A stretch of 64,000 bases of DNA from an uncultured Candidatus Binatia bacterium (GCA_965200965.1 OZ241744.1:960001-1024000); one strand, 5' to 3'; positions 1-10,090 are shown, numbered from the stretch's first letter. Notes: a model not told the origin generated them from the sequence alone. Numbers and translations: made by a program.

Positions 1-255
1 CAGGCGTGGACCGAGCAGAACCCGCCCCCCTCCTACCGGGGCAGAAACCCGCGCTTTTTTTACATTGTCCAGGTGTCGGTCAAGCCACCGGTCATCGCCA
101 TCTATACCAGCGCCCCGCAGGTCATCCCCAGAGGCTATGGGCGCTATCTTGAAAATCAACTCCGCGCACACTTTGCCCTGACCGGCACCCCGCTGAGGCT
201 GAGCTTTCGGACCCGGCGTAAAGAGCGCCGGCGGCCAGACAGGACCGCCGACTAG
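1..255 (+). CDS. der: Ribosome biogenesis GTPase Der/EngA, C-terminal KH-like domain (5'-truncated by the window edge)
   Basis: Frame 1 is open from base 1: QAWTEQNPPPSYRGRNPRFFYIVQVSVKPPVIAIY...YGRYLENQLRAHFALTGTPLRLSFR. This matches the EngA C-terminal pattern (PP...Y..Q....PP.F....Y.RYL.N.LR..F...GTP.R). Confidence 0.9.
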   Translation, partial: QAWTEQNPPPSYRGRNPRFFYIVQVSVKPPVIAIYTSAPQVIPRGYGRYLENQLRAHFALTGTPLRLSFRTRRKERRRPDRTAD

Positions 256-282
256 GGCGTGGTCTCTCCCCGGCGTGGCCGC

Positions 283-564
283 CTAGTCAACCACAATCCG
301 GTCACGCTCCGGAAAAAAGCACTCGTCCTGGTAATACAGCCCACCGCGCAAGCGACAGTCATGCTCATTGAAGGCTTCATAGCTCGCTTCGTAGCACTGC
401 TCGCCATACGAAAACCCGCCCCGCTGCTCGCACTGTTCGGCGGCGGTCAGCGGTGTCTCAATGGATTTTTTGAGGTAGTGTTCAAAATTGTCCCAGCGTT
501 GGGTGGCAGAGCCGCAGGCCGACAATGCCAGACCCGTCACAAGCAACACGCCTATCCGTCTCAT
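283..564 (-). CDS. Small lipoprotein with Cys-rich repeats
   Basis: Signal peptide ending in lipobox LSAC; two CxxRGGxxYxxxC-like units. Confidence 0.7.
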   Translation of the reverse strand: MRRIGVLLVTGLALSACGSATQRWDNFEHYLKKSIETPLTAAEQCEQRGGFSYGEQCYEASYEAFNEHDCRLRGGLYYQDECFFPERDRIVVD

Positions 565-577
565 CTTTTTGTCCCGA

Positions 578-1411
578 TTAGTACGCCGCTTCTCGCCGGG
601 CGATAATCCGGTTCACCAGGGCCAGGTCGGCCGGACTGTCAACATCAATCGCGCACTCGGCAAACGGCATCTGGACAAACGCGATACGCGCCCCAATGAC
701 CCGCTCGGCCCGTTGTCGGGCGGCTTCGGCGTCAAGTCTGCCCAAGGCCAGCAACACGAAGTTGAGCAGCCCAAAGGTGCTCAGCAAACGCCACGGACGC
801 TTACGAAACTGTCCGCTGCCGTGCCAGAAGGCCGCGGCAGCCTCGGCACCAGGGCCGGCGCGCAGGACAAAAAGGTTTGTGCCACAAAATCGCTCGCCCC
901 GGAGCGGAATAAAGCTGCGCGGTGAAGTGGGATAGGAGGCCCGAAAAAGCGACTCGGCCATCACCCCAACAGTCACGTCAGCGTCGCTCGTCCGTGCCGC
1001 CTGACAAAAGTATTCAAGCATGTCCGTCGTCAACAGCGGATGGTCGGCCGTAGTCACCAGCAGCAGGTCTCCGGCGGCTAATTGTCTGAGGTAGCCAAGG
1101 GCGCTGGTGCTGGGCGAGTCGCCCACGGGCGCAAACTGGAGCAGGCCGGCCTCGGCCAGGGTGTGAAGCTCGGCAATAGCCTCCAGACTACCCGGTTCAT
1201 CGGTGCTGACCACAAACCGCCGCACCCCGCACAGAGGCCCAAGGCTGCGCAGCACCCGCGACAACATGGGAATGCCCCGGACCGGCATAAGCGCCTTATG
1301 GCTCCAGCCCGCGGCCTGCGCCAGCGGCTCGCTCGGTCCCCGGCGGCCCGCCAGCACCAGGACGGTCAGATCCGCCCGAGGCGCTTCCTGTGCGGACACT
1401 CGATCGGACAT
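578..1411 (-). CDS. MobA-like nucleotidyltransferase (NTP_transf_3 family)
   Basis: VLAGRRG...HKALMPVRGIPMLSRV, TTADHPLL and C-terminal IDVDSPADL motifs. Confidence 0.85.
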   Translation of the reverse strand: MSDRVSAQEAPRADLTVLVLAGRRGPSEPLAQAAGWSHKALMPVRGIPMLSRVLRSLGPLCGVRRFVVSTDEPGSLEAIAELHTLAEAGLLQFAPVGDSPSTSALGYLRQLAAGDLLLVTTADHPLLTTDMLEYFCQAARTSDADVTVGVMAESLFRASYPTSPRSFIPLRGERFCGTNLFVLRAGPGAEAAAAFWHGSGQFRKRPWRLLSTFGLLNFVLLALGRLDAEAARQRAERVIGARIAFVQMPFAECAIDVDSPADLALVNRIIARREAAY

Positions 1412-1540
1412 GGGGCTATTGTAATCGCTCGTCCAGATTCAACCAGTCCCCTGTGGGGAGATGGCTGTGCCCCTGTCCCAGCTTGACGCTGGATTGACTG
1501 CCCCATAGGCTGGGGGATGTACTGAGAGAAGCCTGGGGAT

Positions 1541-2770
1541 ATGGTCGTGCGCATTTGGATTGATGCCACAGATCCGCGCAGTCAGTTATGCGTGTTTGGC
1601 ATGAGCCTTCTCGAACGCCAACTCCAGGCTCTCAGACAGGCCGAACTGAGCCCGAGCGAGGTGTGTATCGCCGTGTCCCAAGACACCGCTCCCCTGCCTC
1701 AGCTTGGGCAGCTGCCCCTCCGCTGGGAGCGGGCGAGCGGTTCGGTTCAGGACCGACTTGCCAGGGCCGTCAGCAGGGCAAACGGCGAAGCGCTCATTGC
1801 GACCGAGGGGCGGGCTGTTATTGATGCCCGTTTAATGCACTATGTGGCGCACCATCCGGGCTCGTATGCGGCTCTGGGCGGCGAGGGAGAGGCACACACC
1901 GTCCTGCTCCGACTCGAACATGACGCCCTGACCGAGCCGATGCCCGGGGCCCAGCTGCCGGCTCTGGTCCAGCGGCACATGACACAGGCCAAGCTCCCAG
2001 CGCTGTCCCTGACAGATATCCCGTCGTATATTCCCAAGCTCCGCCGCGCGTTGCCGGTGTACCTCTTTGGCGTCACCGACCCGCACAGTCGAGACGCGGC
2101 CGAGCGCTTTCTGTTCTGGTCAAACTACAAAGGCTCAAGCGATTTCTTTACCACACACGTTTATCCGCCCCTGGTGTGGCTGCTGGTCCGTCCCCTGACC
2201 CGTTGGCGGGTCCACCCGAACAGCGTCACCCTGGTGAGCATCGTTTTCACCCTTGCCGCGGTTCCCCTGTTCAGCCTTGGCTACTGGACCGCCGGCTTTG
2301 TGTTGTCTTATGCCATGAGCGTACTTGATTCGGTTGACGGCAAGCTGGCGCGTCTCACCTTTCGGTCCTCACGCCTGGGGGACTGGTTGGATCACGGCCT
2401 GGATATTATCCACCCGCCGCTGTGGTATGCGGCCTGGGCGTGGGGGCTGAGCCAGGGCAACCCCGACTCGGCGATGTTTCAGGCCGCGCTATGGATGACC
2501 GGGGTGTATAGCCTCGATCGCCTTGTGGCCGGGGTGTTCAGCTGGCGGCACGGCCGTTCGATTCACGGCTATACCCGACTGGACGAGCGTATGCGCACAT
2601 GTATCTCGCGCCGGAATATCAACCTGCCGCTGTTCATGGTCGGCATGCTGCTCGGCATTCCAGTTCCCATTTTTTATCTGATTACAGCCTGGCAAGTAGT
2701 CTCTTTTCTCTTCCACATCGACCGGCTGGTTCGCTTTTGGAAGGCTCAGCGCGCGGTCGCAATCCGCTGA
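1541..2770 (+). CDS. CDP-alcohol phosphotransferase with N-terminal NTP-transferase-like domain (CpgC-like)
   Basis: Signature HPNSVT...DSVDGKLARLT...GDWLDHGLD; YKGSSDFFT motif; several TM helices. Confidence 0.85.
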   Translation: MVVRIWIDATDPRSQLCVFGMSLLERQLQALRQAELSPSEVCIAVSQDTAPLPQLGQLPLRWERASGSVQDRLARAVSRANGEALIATEGRAVIDARLMHYVAHHPGSYAALGGEGEAHTVLLRLEHDALTEPMPGAQLPALVQRHMTQAKLPALSLTDIPSYIPKLRRALPVYLFGVTDPHSRDAAERFLFWSNYKGSSDFFTTHVYPPLVWLLVRPLTRWRVHPNSVTLVSIVFTLAAVPLFSLGYWTAGFVLSYAMSVLDSVDGKLARLTFRSSRLGDWLDHGLDIIHPPLWYAAWAWGLSQGNPDSAMFQAALWMTGVYSLDRLVAGVFSWRHGRSIHGYTRLDERMRTCISRRNINLPLFMVGMLLGIPVPIFYLITAWQVVSFLFHIDRLVRFWKAQRAVAIR

Positions 2771-2779
2771 GATACCGCT

Positions 2780-4528
2780 ATGCGCCTCTTGCTTGTCTTT
2801 GCCCGGGCCTACCCTTACCACAGTGCGCTTGTTCTCGGCTGCCTGCTCGTTTCTGTGGTCTTTGAGGGGATCGGCATGTCCAGTCTGCTGCCGCTGCTGA
2901 GCCTGGCGGTCAAGGGTCAGACCGACGCCCAGACCCCGCCCTCCTGGCTTGAACAGAATGTGAGCAATGGGCTCGCGCTCTTTGGTCTGCAACCCCAGGT
3001 CGGTACGCTGTGCCTGGTCATGCTCGGCGGGATGATCCTCAAAGCCGTCTTTGTCCTGCTCGCTCAGCGACAGGTCGGTTATACCGTCGCCCATATCGCC
3101 ACCGACCTGCGCCTGTCCCTGTTGCGCTCACTGCTGACCGCCCGCTGGGGGCATTATATTCGCCAGCCGGTGGGGAGTTTTACCAACGCCTTTGCCACCG
3201 AAGCGGACCGGGCCGCGGGGGCCTATCTGGCCGGAACCATGATTGTCTCGCTCGGCATTCAAACCGCGCTGTATACGGCCCTGGCGTTTGCTGTGTCGTG
3301 GCCGGTGACGCTGGGGGCGGCCGGCCTGGGGCTGGCGATTGTCGGTGTTCTCAGCCGCCTGGTCCGCATGTCGCGGCGGGCCGGGGCACGCCAGACCCGC
3401 CTCTTGAAGACCCTGCTGGGACGTTTGACCGACGCCTTGTCCGCGGTCAAACCGCTCAAAGCCATGGCCCGGGAGACCCTCCTCGGCCCCGTCCTGGAAA
3501 AAGAAACCCGCCGTCTGAACAAGGCCCTGCGCCGGGAGGTGCTGAGTCGGGAAGCCCTGCGCGCCCTGCAAGAGCCGCTGATCGTGGCGGTGCTGACCGC
3601 CGGACTCTATCTCGCCCTGAGCGGCTCGGCCTTGTCTGTAGACAGGCTGGGCATCCTGGCGGTGCTTTTTGAACGGACCCTCAGAAGCCTCAGCAAGGTC
3701 CAGCGCCAGTATCAACACCTGGCCGCCCAGGAAAGCGCGTACTGGTCCCTGCACGAGAGAATAGACCAGGCCCGGATGGAATGCGAAGCCACCCAGCCAG
3801 GGCCACAAGACACGCCACGGCTCAGCCAGGCGCTTCGCTTTGAGCAGGTCAGCCTTGCCTACGGCGACCGGCTGATTCTTGACAAGGTGTCTTTTTCTAT
3901 TCCGGCAGGGCGGCTGACAACACTGGTCGGGCCGTCCGGGGCCGGCAAAACCTCAACCGTCGATCTCATCGTCGGTCTGGTCCGTCCTCAGTCAGGCGCG
4001 ATCTGGATCGACGATCTCCAACTCGCTCAGGTCAATCTTCACGCCTGGCGCCGGGCGGTCGGGTATGTCCCCCAAGAGGGCCTGCTGCTGCACGACAGCG
4101 TGTTGACCAACGTGACGCTCGGCGACCCGAGCCTGACCCGCTCTGAGGCCGAAGCCGCTCTGCGGGCAGCCGGAGCCTGGGATTTTGTCAGCCGCTTAGC
4201 CGACGGCATAGACACCCCGGTTGGGGAGCGGGGCAGCCGCCTGTCCGGCGGTCAGCGTCAGCGCCTCGCCATTGCCCGGGCACTTGTCCATCAACCCCAG
4301 CTGCTCATCCTGGATGAAGCCACCGCCGCTCTTGACCCAGACAGCGAAGCCGTCATCTGTGCAACCGTGCAACACCTGCGGGGACACATGACGGTCCTGG
4401 CTATCTCGCACCAGCCCGCGCTCTTGGAGGCCGCGGACAGGGTCTATCACCTGGAAGGGGGCAGGCTGGAGCGGCTGCGGCAGGGTCTGGAACGCCCCAG
4501 TCTGCTGCCGCGCGAGGTGGAAGCCTGA
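2780..4528 (+). CDS. MsbA-like ABC exporter/flippase (fused TMD-NBD)
   Basis: N-terminal TM domain; Walker A GPSGAGKT, LSGGQRQR signature, LILDEAT Walker B, SH switch. Confidence 0.9.
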   Translation: MRLLLVFARAYPYHSALVLGCLLVSVVFEGIGMSSLLPLLSLAVKGQTDAQTPPSWLEQNVSNGLALFGLQPQVGTLCLVMLGGMILKAVFVLLAQRQVGYTVAHIATDLRLSLLRSLLTARWGHYIRQPVGSFTNAFATEADRAAGAYLAGTMIVSLGIQTALYTALAFAVSWPVTLGAAGLGLAIVGVLSRLVRMSRRAGARQTRLLKTLLGRLTDALSAVKPLKAMARETLLGPVLEKETRRLNKALRREVLSREALRALQEPLIVAVLTAGLYLALSGSALSVDRLGILAVLFERTLRSLSKVQRQYQHLAAQESAYWSLHERIDQARMECEATQPGPQDTPRLSQALRFEQVSLAYGDRLILDKVSFSIPAGRLTTLVGPSGAGKTSTVDLIVGLVRPQSGAIWIDDLQLAQVNLHAWRRAVGYVPQEGLLLHDSVLTNVTLGDPSLTRSEAEAALRAAGAWDFVSRLADGIDTPVGERGSRLSGGQRQRLAIARALVHQPQLLILDEATAALDPDSEAVICATVQHLRGHMTVLAISHQPALLEAADRVYHLEGGRLERLRQGLERPSLLPREVEA

Positions 4529-4546
4529 AACCGACACAGACCACAG

Positions 4547-6496
4547 ATGAAGCTGACACACACACTGTGGACCCTGGCACGCCTTTTTCCGTCGTCGGCC
4601 ACCGGCTCCGCTCCATGCAGCCCTGAACCGATTACACTGGGAGTACGCCCCGGGGTGAGTCCCGGCGTCAAGCCTCCGGTGTATCTTTTTGTCGGCACCG
4701 AAGCGGCTCAATATCGGGCTGAGCGCGTTTTTGTGTGGTCAATAGAACAGGTCCGCGACCCAGGCCGGGTGTATACCATTTACCTGATGAAAGACCTGGC
4801 CGGCTTTGACCGGCGGGGCTGGCTGACCGGCTTTACCAATTATCGTTTTGCCATTCCACACTTCGCCCGCGGCCTGGGCATTCAGCGGGCCATTTACAAC
4901 GATGTGGATCAGGTCTATCTGGCCGACCCGGGCGAGCTGTTTGATACTGATTTGGGGTCGCACGGCTTTGTGTCGATTCGAGACCGTGATACCTCGGTCA
5001 TGCTGATGGACTGTAGCCGGATGGCTGGAGTCTGGTCGCTCCCGGCGGCCCAGCGCGAACGCCGCAAGACGCTCGAGGCCAAAGCCACAGCCGTGTGGGG
5101 ACCGCTTGACCCGGCCTGGAACGCCCGGGACGAAGAATATCGGCCGGGTCACTCCAAGGTCTTGCACTATACCACCATCCACGCCCAACCCTGGCAGCCT
5201 TTCCCCGAACGCTACGCCTACCAGCGCAACCCGGTTGCCCACATCTGGTTTGATCTCGAACGAGCGGCAGACCGGGCTGGCTACCAGACCAAAGGATGGA
5301 ACGTGTCATCAGAGCGACGGGAAGGCGAGACGTTCCATCCTCGCGGCACGCCACCACCAACCCCCACCCCTGGCGATCCTCCCTCAGTCTGGGTGCTGAC
5401 GGCCGACAAACCCGGCCACACCACCCAGGCCCTCGGCCTAGCCGACACGCTCGGCTGGCCGTATGAGGAGAAAAGGCTCGCTTTCACCGGGCTGGCCACG
5501 ACCCATAAGCGCCTGTTTGGGGTGCGCGGCGCAACCCGTATCGGTCTGGACCGGAGCCGCTCAGCCCAACTTGGCCCCCTGTGGCCGGATATTGTGATTG
5601 CCGCCGGCTGGCGACCGGCGCGGGTGGCGCGGTGGATTCGGGACCACAGCCGGGGCAAGACGCGGCTGGTCCTCCTCGGCCGCAGAGGCGGCCACCTCAC
5701 CAGTCGCTCAGACATTGTGGTCAGCTGTAGACACTTTCTTCAGCCGCCTCACCCCCGACGGATTGAAACGATCGCACCCCTGACCCGGGTCACTCAACAG
5801 CGCTTAGAGACCGCCGCGGCCGAGTGGCGAGACATCCTTGAACCCGCACCACAGCCCCGCATTGCCGTGTTCGTTGGCGGGGCGACTGCCCGCTATCGTT
5901 TTGATCCAGACACTGCCTGCCAGCTGGGACAGGCAGTCCGCGCCTTGGCCCACGACCTTGGGGCGAGCCTTTTTGTCACCACAAGCCGACGGACCGCGGC
6001 CCAAGCCGGCCGCGTCCTGCAACAGGCCCTCGGTCCTGTCCAGCACATGCACATGTGGCAAGCCGGACAGCCGACAAACCCCTATCTGGCCTATTTGAGC
6101 CTGGCCGATGTGTTGATTGTCACCGGCGAGAGCGAATCCATGTTGGCCGAAGCCGCGGCAACCGACAAACCGCTGTACATCTACCCCCTGCCCGAACGTC
6201 CGACCCAGCTCGGCGCGCGGCTCAAAGACTGGCTGGTCAGGCGTGCCCAACAGCCCCGGCGGAATGCACGCGGCACGGTTCGTCCCCAGCGTGGGCTGGC
6301 CTATGTGTGTGGCAGACTCATTGAACGCGGCACAATCCAGCCCCGGCGGGACCTGAACGCGCTCCACTCGGCCCTCGTTCAACACGGCTTTGCCCACTTC
6401 TTTGGCAAGACGTTCAGCCTGGCGTCCCGACCACGCCTGCAAGAGTTTGACACGGTCGCCCGTCAGGTCCGCCAACTCTTGAAAGGAGAACGATGA
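4547..6496 (+). CDS. Fusion of a GT-A (GT8-like) glycosyltransferase and an ELM1/GtrOC1-family putative glycosyltransferase
   Basis: N-half: TGFTNYRFAIP, AIYNDVDQ (DxD), TSVMLMDC, WN, LHYT...QPW. C-half: WVLTADKPGH..QALGLA, PDIVIAAG, TTSRRT, NPYLAYL...VTGESESMLAEA. A Pro-rich linker joins them. Confidence 0.75.
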   Translation: MKLTHTLWTLARLFPSSATGSAPCSPEPITLGVRPGVSPGVKPPVYLFVGTEAAQYRAERVFVWSIEQVRDPGRVYTIYLMKDLAGFDRRGWLTGFTNYRFAIPHFARGLGIQRAIYNDVDQVYLADPGELFDTDLGSHGFVSIRDRDTSVMLMDCSRMAGVWSLPAAQRERRKTLEAKATAVWGPLDPAWNARDEEYRPGHSKVLHYTTIHAQPWQPFPERYAYQRNPVAHIWFDLERAADRAGYQTKGWNVSSERREGETFHPRGTPPPTPTPGDPPSVWVLTADKPGHTTQALGLADTLGWPYEEKRLAFTGLATTHKRLFGVRGATRIGLDRSRSAQLGPLWPDIVIAAGWRPARVARWIRDHSRGKTRLVLLGRRGGHLTSRSDIVVSCRHFLQPPHPRRIETIAPLTRVTQQRLETAAAEWRDILEPAPQPRIAVFVGGATARYRFDPDTACQLGQAVRALAHDLGASLFVTTSRRTAAQAGRVLQQALGPVQHMHMWQAGQPTNPYLAYLSLADVLIVTGESESMLAEAAATDKPLYIYPLPERPTQLGARLKDWLVRRAQQPRRNARGTVRPQRGLAYVCGRLIERGTIQPRRDLNALHSALVQHGFAHFFGKTFSLASRPRLQEFDTVARQVRQLLKGER

Positions 6497-7296
6497 TGAC
6501 CGATCATCCAGAAAGAAATCATCGCTCTCCTTTCGTGCCTCTTCCGCTTGTTTTTCTCCGCCACGGCCAGAGTGTGTGGAATCATCAGCGCCGTTTTACG
6601 GGTTGGGCCGATGTTGCACTCAGCCCCGCCGGCCACACCGAAGCCGAAACCGCCGGCAAACTGCTCAAGCAGGCCGGCTACCGCTTTGACGTGGGCTTTA
6701 CCTCGGTCCTCCAGCGCGCTCAGGCTACCTTGGACATTGTACTCCACACCCTGGGGCAGTCGCGGCTGCCGGTTCATGCCAGCTGGCGCTTAAACGAACG
6801 GCATTATGGAGCGCTGGAAGGTCTCAGCCGCACCGATGTGGCCGAGCAGTACAGTCCCCGGCAGGTCACGATCTGGCAGCAGTATTTTGACATCTGTCCG
6901 CCGCCGCTCGCCCCCAAGGACCGCCGTTTCCCCGGCCATGACACGCGCTACCGGGGACTGGCCGCGGCCGAGCTGCCGTGCGCCGAGAGCATCAAAGATG
7001 TCCGAGCCCGGGTGCTCCCCTACTGGCAGGACGCCATTGCGCCACGCCTCAAGGCCGGCCAGCAAGTCTTGGTCGTAGCCCACGGCAACAGCCTGCGAGC
7101 GCTCGTCACCTATCTCGACGGTGTGCCAGAGGCCACTATTCCACAAATCAAAAGACCCCTGACCGGAGAGCCGCTCATTTACGAATTTGACACCGGCGGC
7201 AAACCGCTCCGCCACTTTTACCTCAGACGCTCACCCAAACTGCAACGCTGGGCGCAATCGACTTTTGGCTCCGTGCTGCCCAAACCCTCAGCCTAG
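6493..7296 (+). CDS. gpmA: 2,3-bisphosphoglycerate-dependent phosphoglycerate mutase
   Basis: LRHGQSVWN..RFTGWADV, TSVLQRA, WRLNERHYGALEG and AHGNSLRAL motifs; ATGA overlap with the upstream gene. Confidence 0.9.
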   Translation: MMTDHPERNHRSPFVPLPLVFLRHGQSVWNHQRRFTGWADVALSPAGHTEAETAGKLLKQAGYRFDVGFTSVLQRAQATLDIVLHTLGQSRLPVHASWRLNERHYGALEGLSRTDVAEQYSPRQVTIWQQYFDICPPPLAPKDRRFPGHDTRYRGLAAAELPCAESIKDVRARVLPYWQDAIAPRLKAGQQVLVVAHGNSLRALVTYLDGVPEATIPQIKRPLTGEPLIYEFDTGGKPLRHFYLRRSPKLQRWAQSTFGSVLPKPSA

Positions 7297-7304
7297 GCCG
7301 CGCT

Positions 7305-8240
7305 ATGCCGTATCTTGATTTTGACCGGCTCCACGCCCTTGACCCGCGGGCGTTTCAGGCTCAGACCCCCTACCCGTGGATCAATCCAGCGGGTCTGCTC
7401 ACCCCGGACGGCTACCAACGCCTGGTAGACAGCCTGCCCGCGGTGTCACAATTCACCCCGCTGTTCGGGGTCAAACGCGCCCACGGGCAGCTGAGTCATG
7501 ACCGCTATGGGCTGGAGTATAGCCCGAGCCTCCAACTCGCCCCGGCCTGGCGGGCATTTATTGACGAGCTGGCCGCCAGCACCTATCGGCGTTTTGTCTG
7601 CCGCATGTTCGGCCTGGGGTCTGTCGAGCTGCGCTTTCATTGGCACTACACGCCCCGGGGCTGCTCCGTCTCTCCCCACTGTGACGCCAACCACAAACTC
7701 GGCTCGCATATTTTTTATTTCAATGCGAGATGGAACCCGGCCTGGGGAGGAGAAACCCTCATCCTGGACGACCGCGGGCGTTTTGATCGCAGCTCAGCCC
7801 CGGGGTTTGAGGATTTTGATCGGCGCATCGCCTGCCAGGCGGTGGGCAATCGCAGCCTGTTATTTCAGCGCAAAAAAAACTCGTGGCACGGCGTGCGCCG
7901 GCTGGAATGTCCAGCAGGCCAGCTGCGGAAAGTCTTTATTGTCGTCATTAACCGCACTTCGGCGCGTGACCGCCTACGCCGGCTGTTTGGCAGAAAAGCC
8001 AAGGGCTATGACCAGGCCGGAGTCAGGACGCCCGAAAGCGCTCAAAGGCCCCGGGGTCTATGCGCTTCCACTTCTTTTCAAAAAAATACAGCTTGGTCCA
8101 GGCAGACCTGTAGCATAGCTCAACAAAGGGCAGATAGGGCCGGAAGTCGGGGACCCCGGCCCGCATCAAGTGCCCGAAAAAGCGATCCTGAAACGGCTGC
8201 AGCCATCGCGCCAGGGCGTTGGCCACCCCGGTTCCAATGA
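7305..8240 (+). CDS. 2OG-Fe(II) oxygenase (recognisable domain ends near 8010; the remaining tail overlaps the convergent gene)
   Basis: HCD...WGGET...SWHGV...RKVF, i.e. the HxD...H facial triad and the 2OG-binding Arg. Confidence 0.8.
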   Translation: MPYLDFDRLHALDPRAFQAQTPYPWINPAGLLTPDGYQRLVDSLPAVSQFTPLFGVKRAHGQLSHDRYGLEYSPSLQLAPAWRAFIDELAASTYRRFVCRMFGLGSVELRFHWHYTPRGCSVSPHCDANHKLGSHIFYFNARWNPAWGGETLILDDRGRFDRSSAPGFEDFDRRIACQAVGNRSLLFQRKKNSWHGVRRLECPAGQLRKVFIVVINRTSARDRLRRLFGRKAKGYDQAGVRTPESAQRPRGLCASTSFQKNTAWSRQTCSIAQQRADRAGSRGPRPASSARKSDPETAAAIAPGRWPPRFQ

Positions 8241-8796
8241 GTTGATCTTTGCGCAGACTCTCGGCGTCTATGCCGCACACCAAGCCGGCTTTGTCGGTGA
8301 CAATAAAATTTTTGAGAACCGCATCCACATAGTCAAACCCGACCCAGACCCGGCCCGGGGCCAGTCGCCGGGCGGCAGCCCTGAGATCACGCCAGGCAGC
8401 GTCGGACACAATCCCAACCCGGTTGAGGAAGCGCAGGTCGCGCTGGAGTCGGGCCACAAACGGCGTATCCCCTATGTCCACCGTGCGGGGGGAGTGGCTG
8501 TACGCGGCGGCGTAGAAGTCGGCTATTTTTTCGACTACGGGCGGGTCAAGCCGAACAATCGGGCCGCCCGCAACATAGTCCAGCCACACTTCGCGCTCAT
8601 AGCGGATGACCAGGGGTGGAAAATGGGGACTGCCGTGAAAAGCCTCAAGATTGTGTTCGAGTTCGGCTGCCAGCGCGGTGTCGCGCAGAATGAGCCGTTT
8701 GAAGCGTCGCCCGTTGAGCCTTGGAAAAGAAGTGCTCTGCGAGTTCTGGAGGCGGTTGCCAGGCAGGCGCGACACCAGATAGCGTAACCGCCGCAT
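8023..8796 (-). CDS. APH/choline-kinase-like phosphotransferase (start uncertain: 8796, 8841 or 8967)
   Basis: VWLDYVAG hinge, catalytic-loop-like YVDAVLKNFIV and DFG-equivalent IDAE. Confidence 0.6.
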   Translation of the reverse strand: MRRLRYLVSRLPGNRLQNSQSTSFPRLNGRRFKRLILRDTALAAELEHNLEAFHGSPHFPPLVIRYEREVWLDYVAGGPIVRLDPPVVEKIADFYAAAYSHSPRTVDIGDTPFVARLQRDLRFLNRVGIVSDAAWRDLRAAARRLAPGRVWVGFDYVDAVLKNFIVTDKAGLVCGIDAESLRKDQLIGTGVANALARWLQPFQDRFFGHLMRAGVPDFRPYLPFVELCYRSAWTKLYFFEKKWKRIDPGAFERFRAS

Positions 8797-8839
8797 GAGG
8801 CGAAAGCTCAGCGTCTGGGGTGGAAAGCGTCGGAACAGC

Positions 8840-10090
8840 ATGGCCACATCAGCGGCCAACTCTAGCGCAAGCCCTGCCGGCCACACAAGCGGCCGGCGTA
8901 TCGGCCTGTTTGTCCGCTCGTTTGGCGGCGGCGGTGGCGCAGAGCGGGTCATGCTCAACTTGGCCACCGCCCTGGCCGCTCAAGGCCATCGGGTTGACCT
9001 GGTAATGGGCCGCAAAGAGGGCCATTTCCTGGATGAAATTCCCGATACGGTCACGGTCATTGACCTCAGGATTCGTTCAGCCCGCCAACTGCTGCCCGCG
9101 GCCCTGAAAAGACCGCATATCGCCGGAACCCTGACCGCAAGCCTGCTGCGGCGCAGATCACCCTGGATTCTGGGTGCCGTCCCCGGGCTGGCAGCCTATC
9201 TGAACCACCGGCGGCCGGCAGCCCTGTTATCCGCCCTCAGCTATCCCAATATCGCGGCCGTGCTGGCCCGGCGGCTGAGCGCGGCCTCAACCCGCACGGT
9301 CATCAGCGTCCATAACCATCTGTCGGTGGCCACAGCCGAGGCCGACAGAGCCGCGGACAAACATTTTCCCCGGCTAGCCTGCCGGGTGTATCCCGAGGCC
9401 GACCGGATTGTTGCCGTATCGGACGGGGTGGCCGAGGACCTGGCCCACACCCTCCAGCTCCCGCGCTCTCGCATCACCACCATCTACAACCCGGTATTCC
9501 GGCCGGATATTGTGAGCCTGGCCCGAGCCCCGCTCGAACACCCCTGGTTTGCCCCGGGCGCGCCGCCGGTCATCCTGGGCATTGGCAAGCTCAAGCCTCA
9601 GAAAAATTTTGGTGGTTTGATCCGGGCTTTTGCCCGTGTTCGGGCGACCCGGCCGGCGCGATTGCTCATTTTAGGCCAAGGACCTGAGCGTGAAGCCCTG
9701 CTGTCCCTGGCCGGCCAACTGAAGGTCGCCGACGCTATCGCCCTGCCCGGCTTTGTGGCCAATCCCTTCGCCTATCTTGGCCGCGCCGCGGTGTTTACCC
9801 TGTCTTCGGCCTGGGAAGGTCTGCCGACTGTGTTGATTGAGGCGCTGGCCTGCGGCTGCCCGGTGGTGAGTACGGATTGTCCGAGCGGCCCGGCTGAAAT
9901 CCTCAAACGGGGCGTTGATGGATCGCTGGTGCCGGTCGGGGATGACGTGGCCTTGGCTCACGCCATTCTGGCAACGCTGGACAATCCGCCCGACCGGGAC
10001 CGTTTACGCCACCGGGCGCGTCAGTTCTCGATAGACCGCGCGGCAGAGCACTACCTGTCCGTTCTGCTGAAAGATGAAAGCCCCGGCTAG
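8840..10090 (+). CDS. Glycosyltransferase family 4 (GT-B)
   Basis: GGGAERVMLNLA, IVAVSDGV, IYNPV, GKLKPQKNF, WEGLPTVLIEALACGCPVVSTDCPSGPAEIL. Confidence 0.92.
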   Translation: MATSAANSSASPAGHTSGRRIGLFVRSFGGGGGAERVMLNLATALAAQGHRVDLVMGRKEGHFLDEIPDTVTVIDLRIRSARQLLPAALKRPHIAGTLTASLLRRRSPWILGAVPGLAAYLNHRRPAALLSALSYPNIAAVLARRLSAASTRTVISVHNHLSVATAEADRAADKHFPRLACRVYPEADRIVAVSDGVAEDLAHTLQLPRSRITTIYNPVFRPDIVSLARAPLEHPWFAPGAPPVILGIGKLKPQKNFGGLIRAFARVRATRPARLLILGQGPEREALLSLAGQLKVADAIALPGFVANPFAYLGRAAVFTLSSAWEGLPTVLIEALACGCPVVSTDCPSGPAEILKRGVDGSLVPVGDDVALAHAILATLDNPPDRDRLRHRARQFSIDRAAEHYLSVLLKDESPG

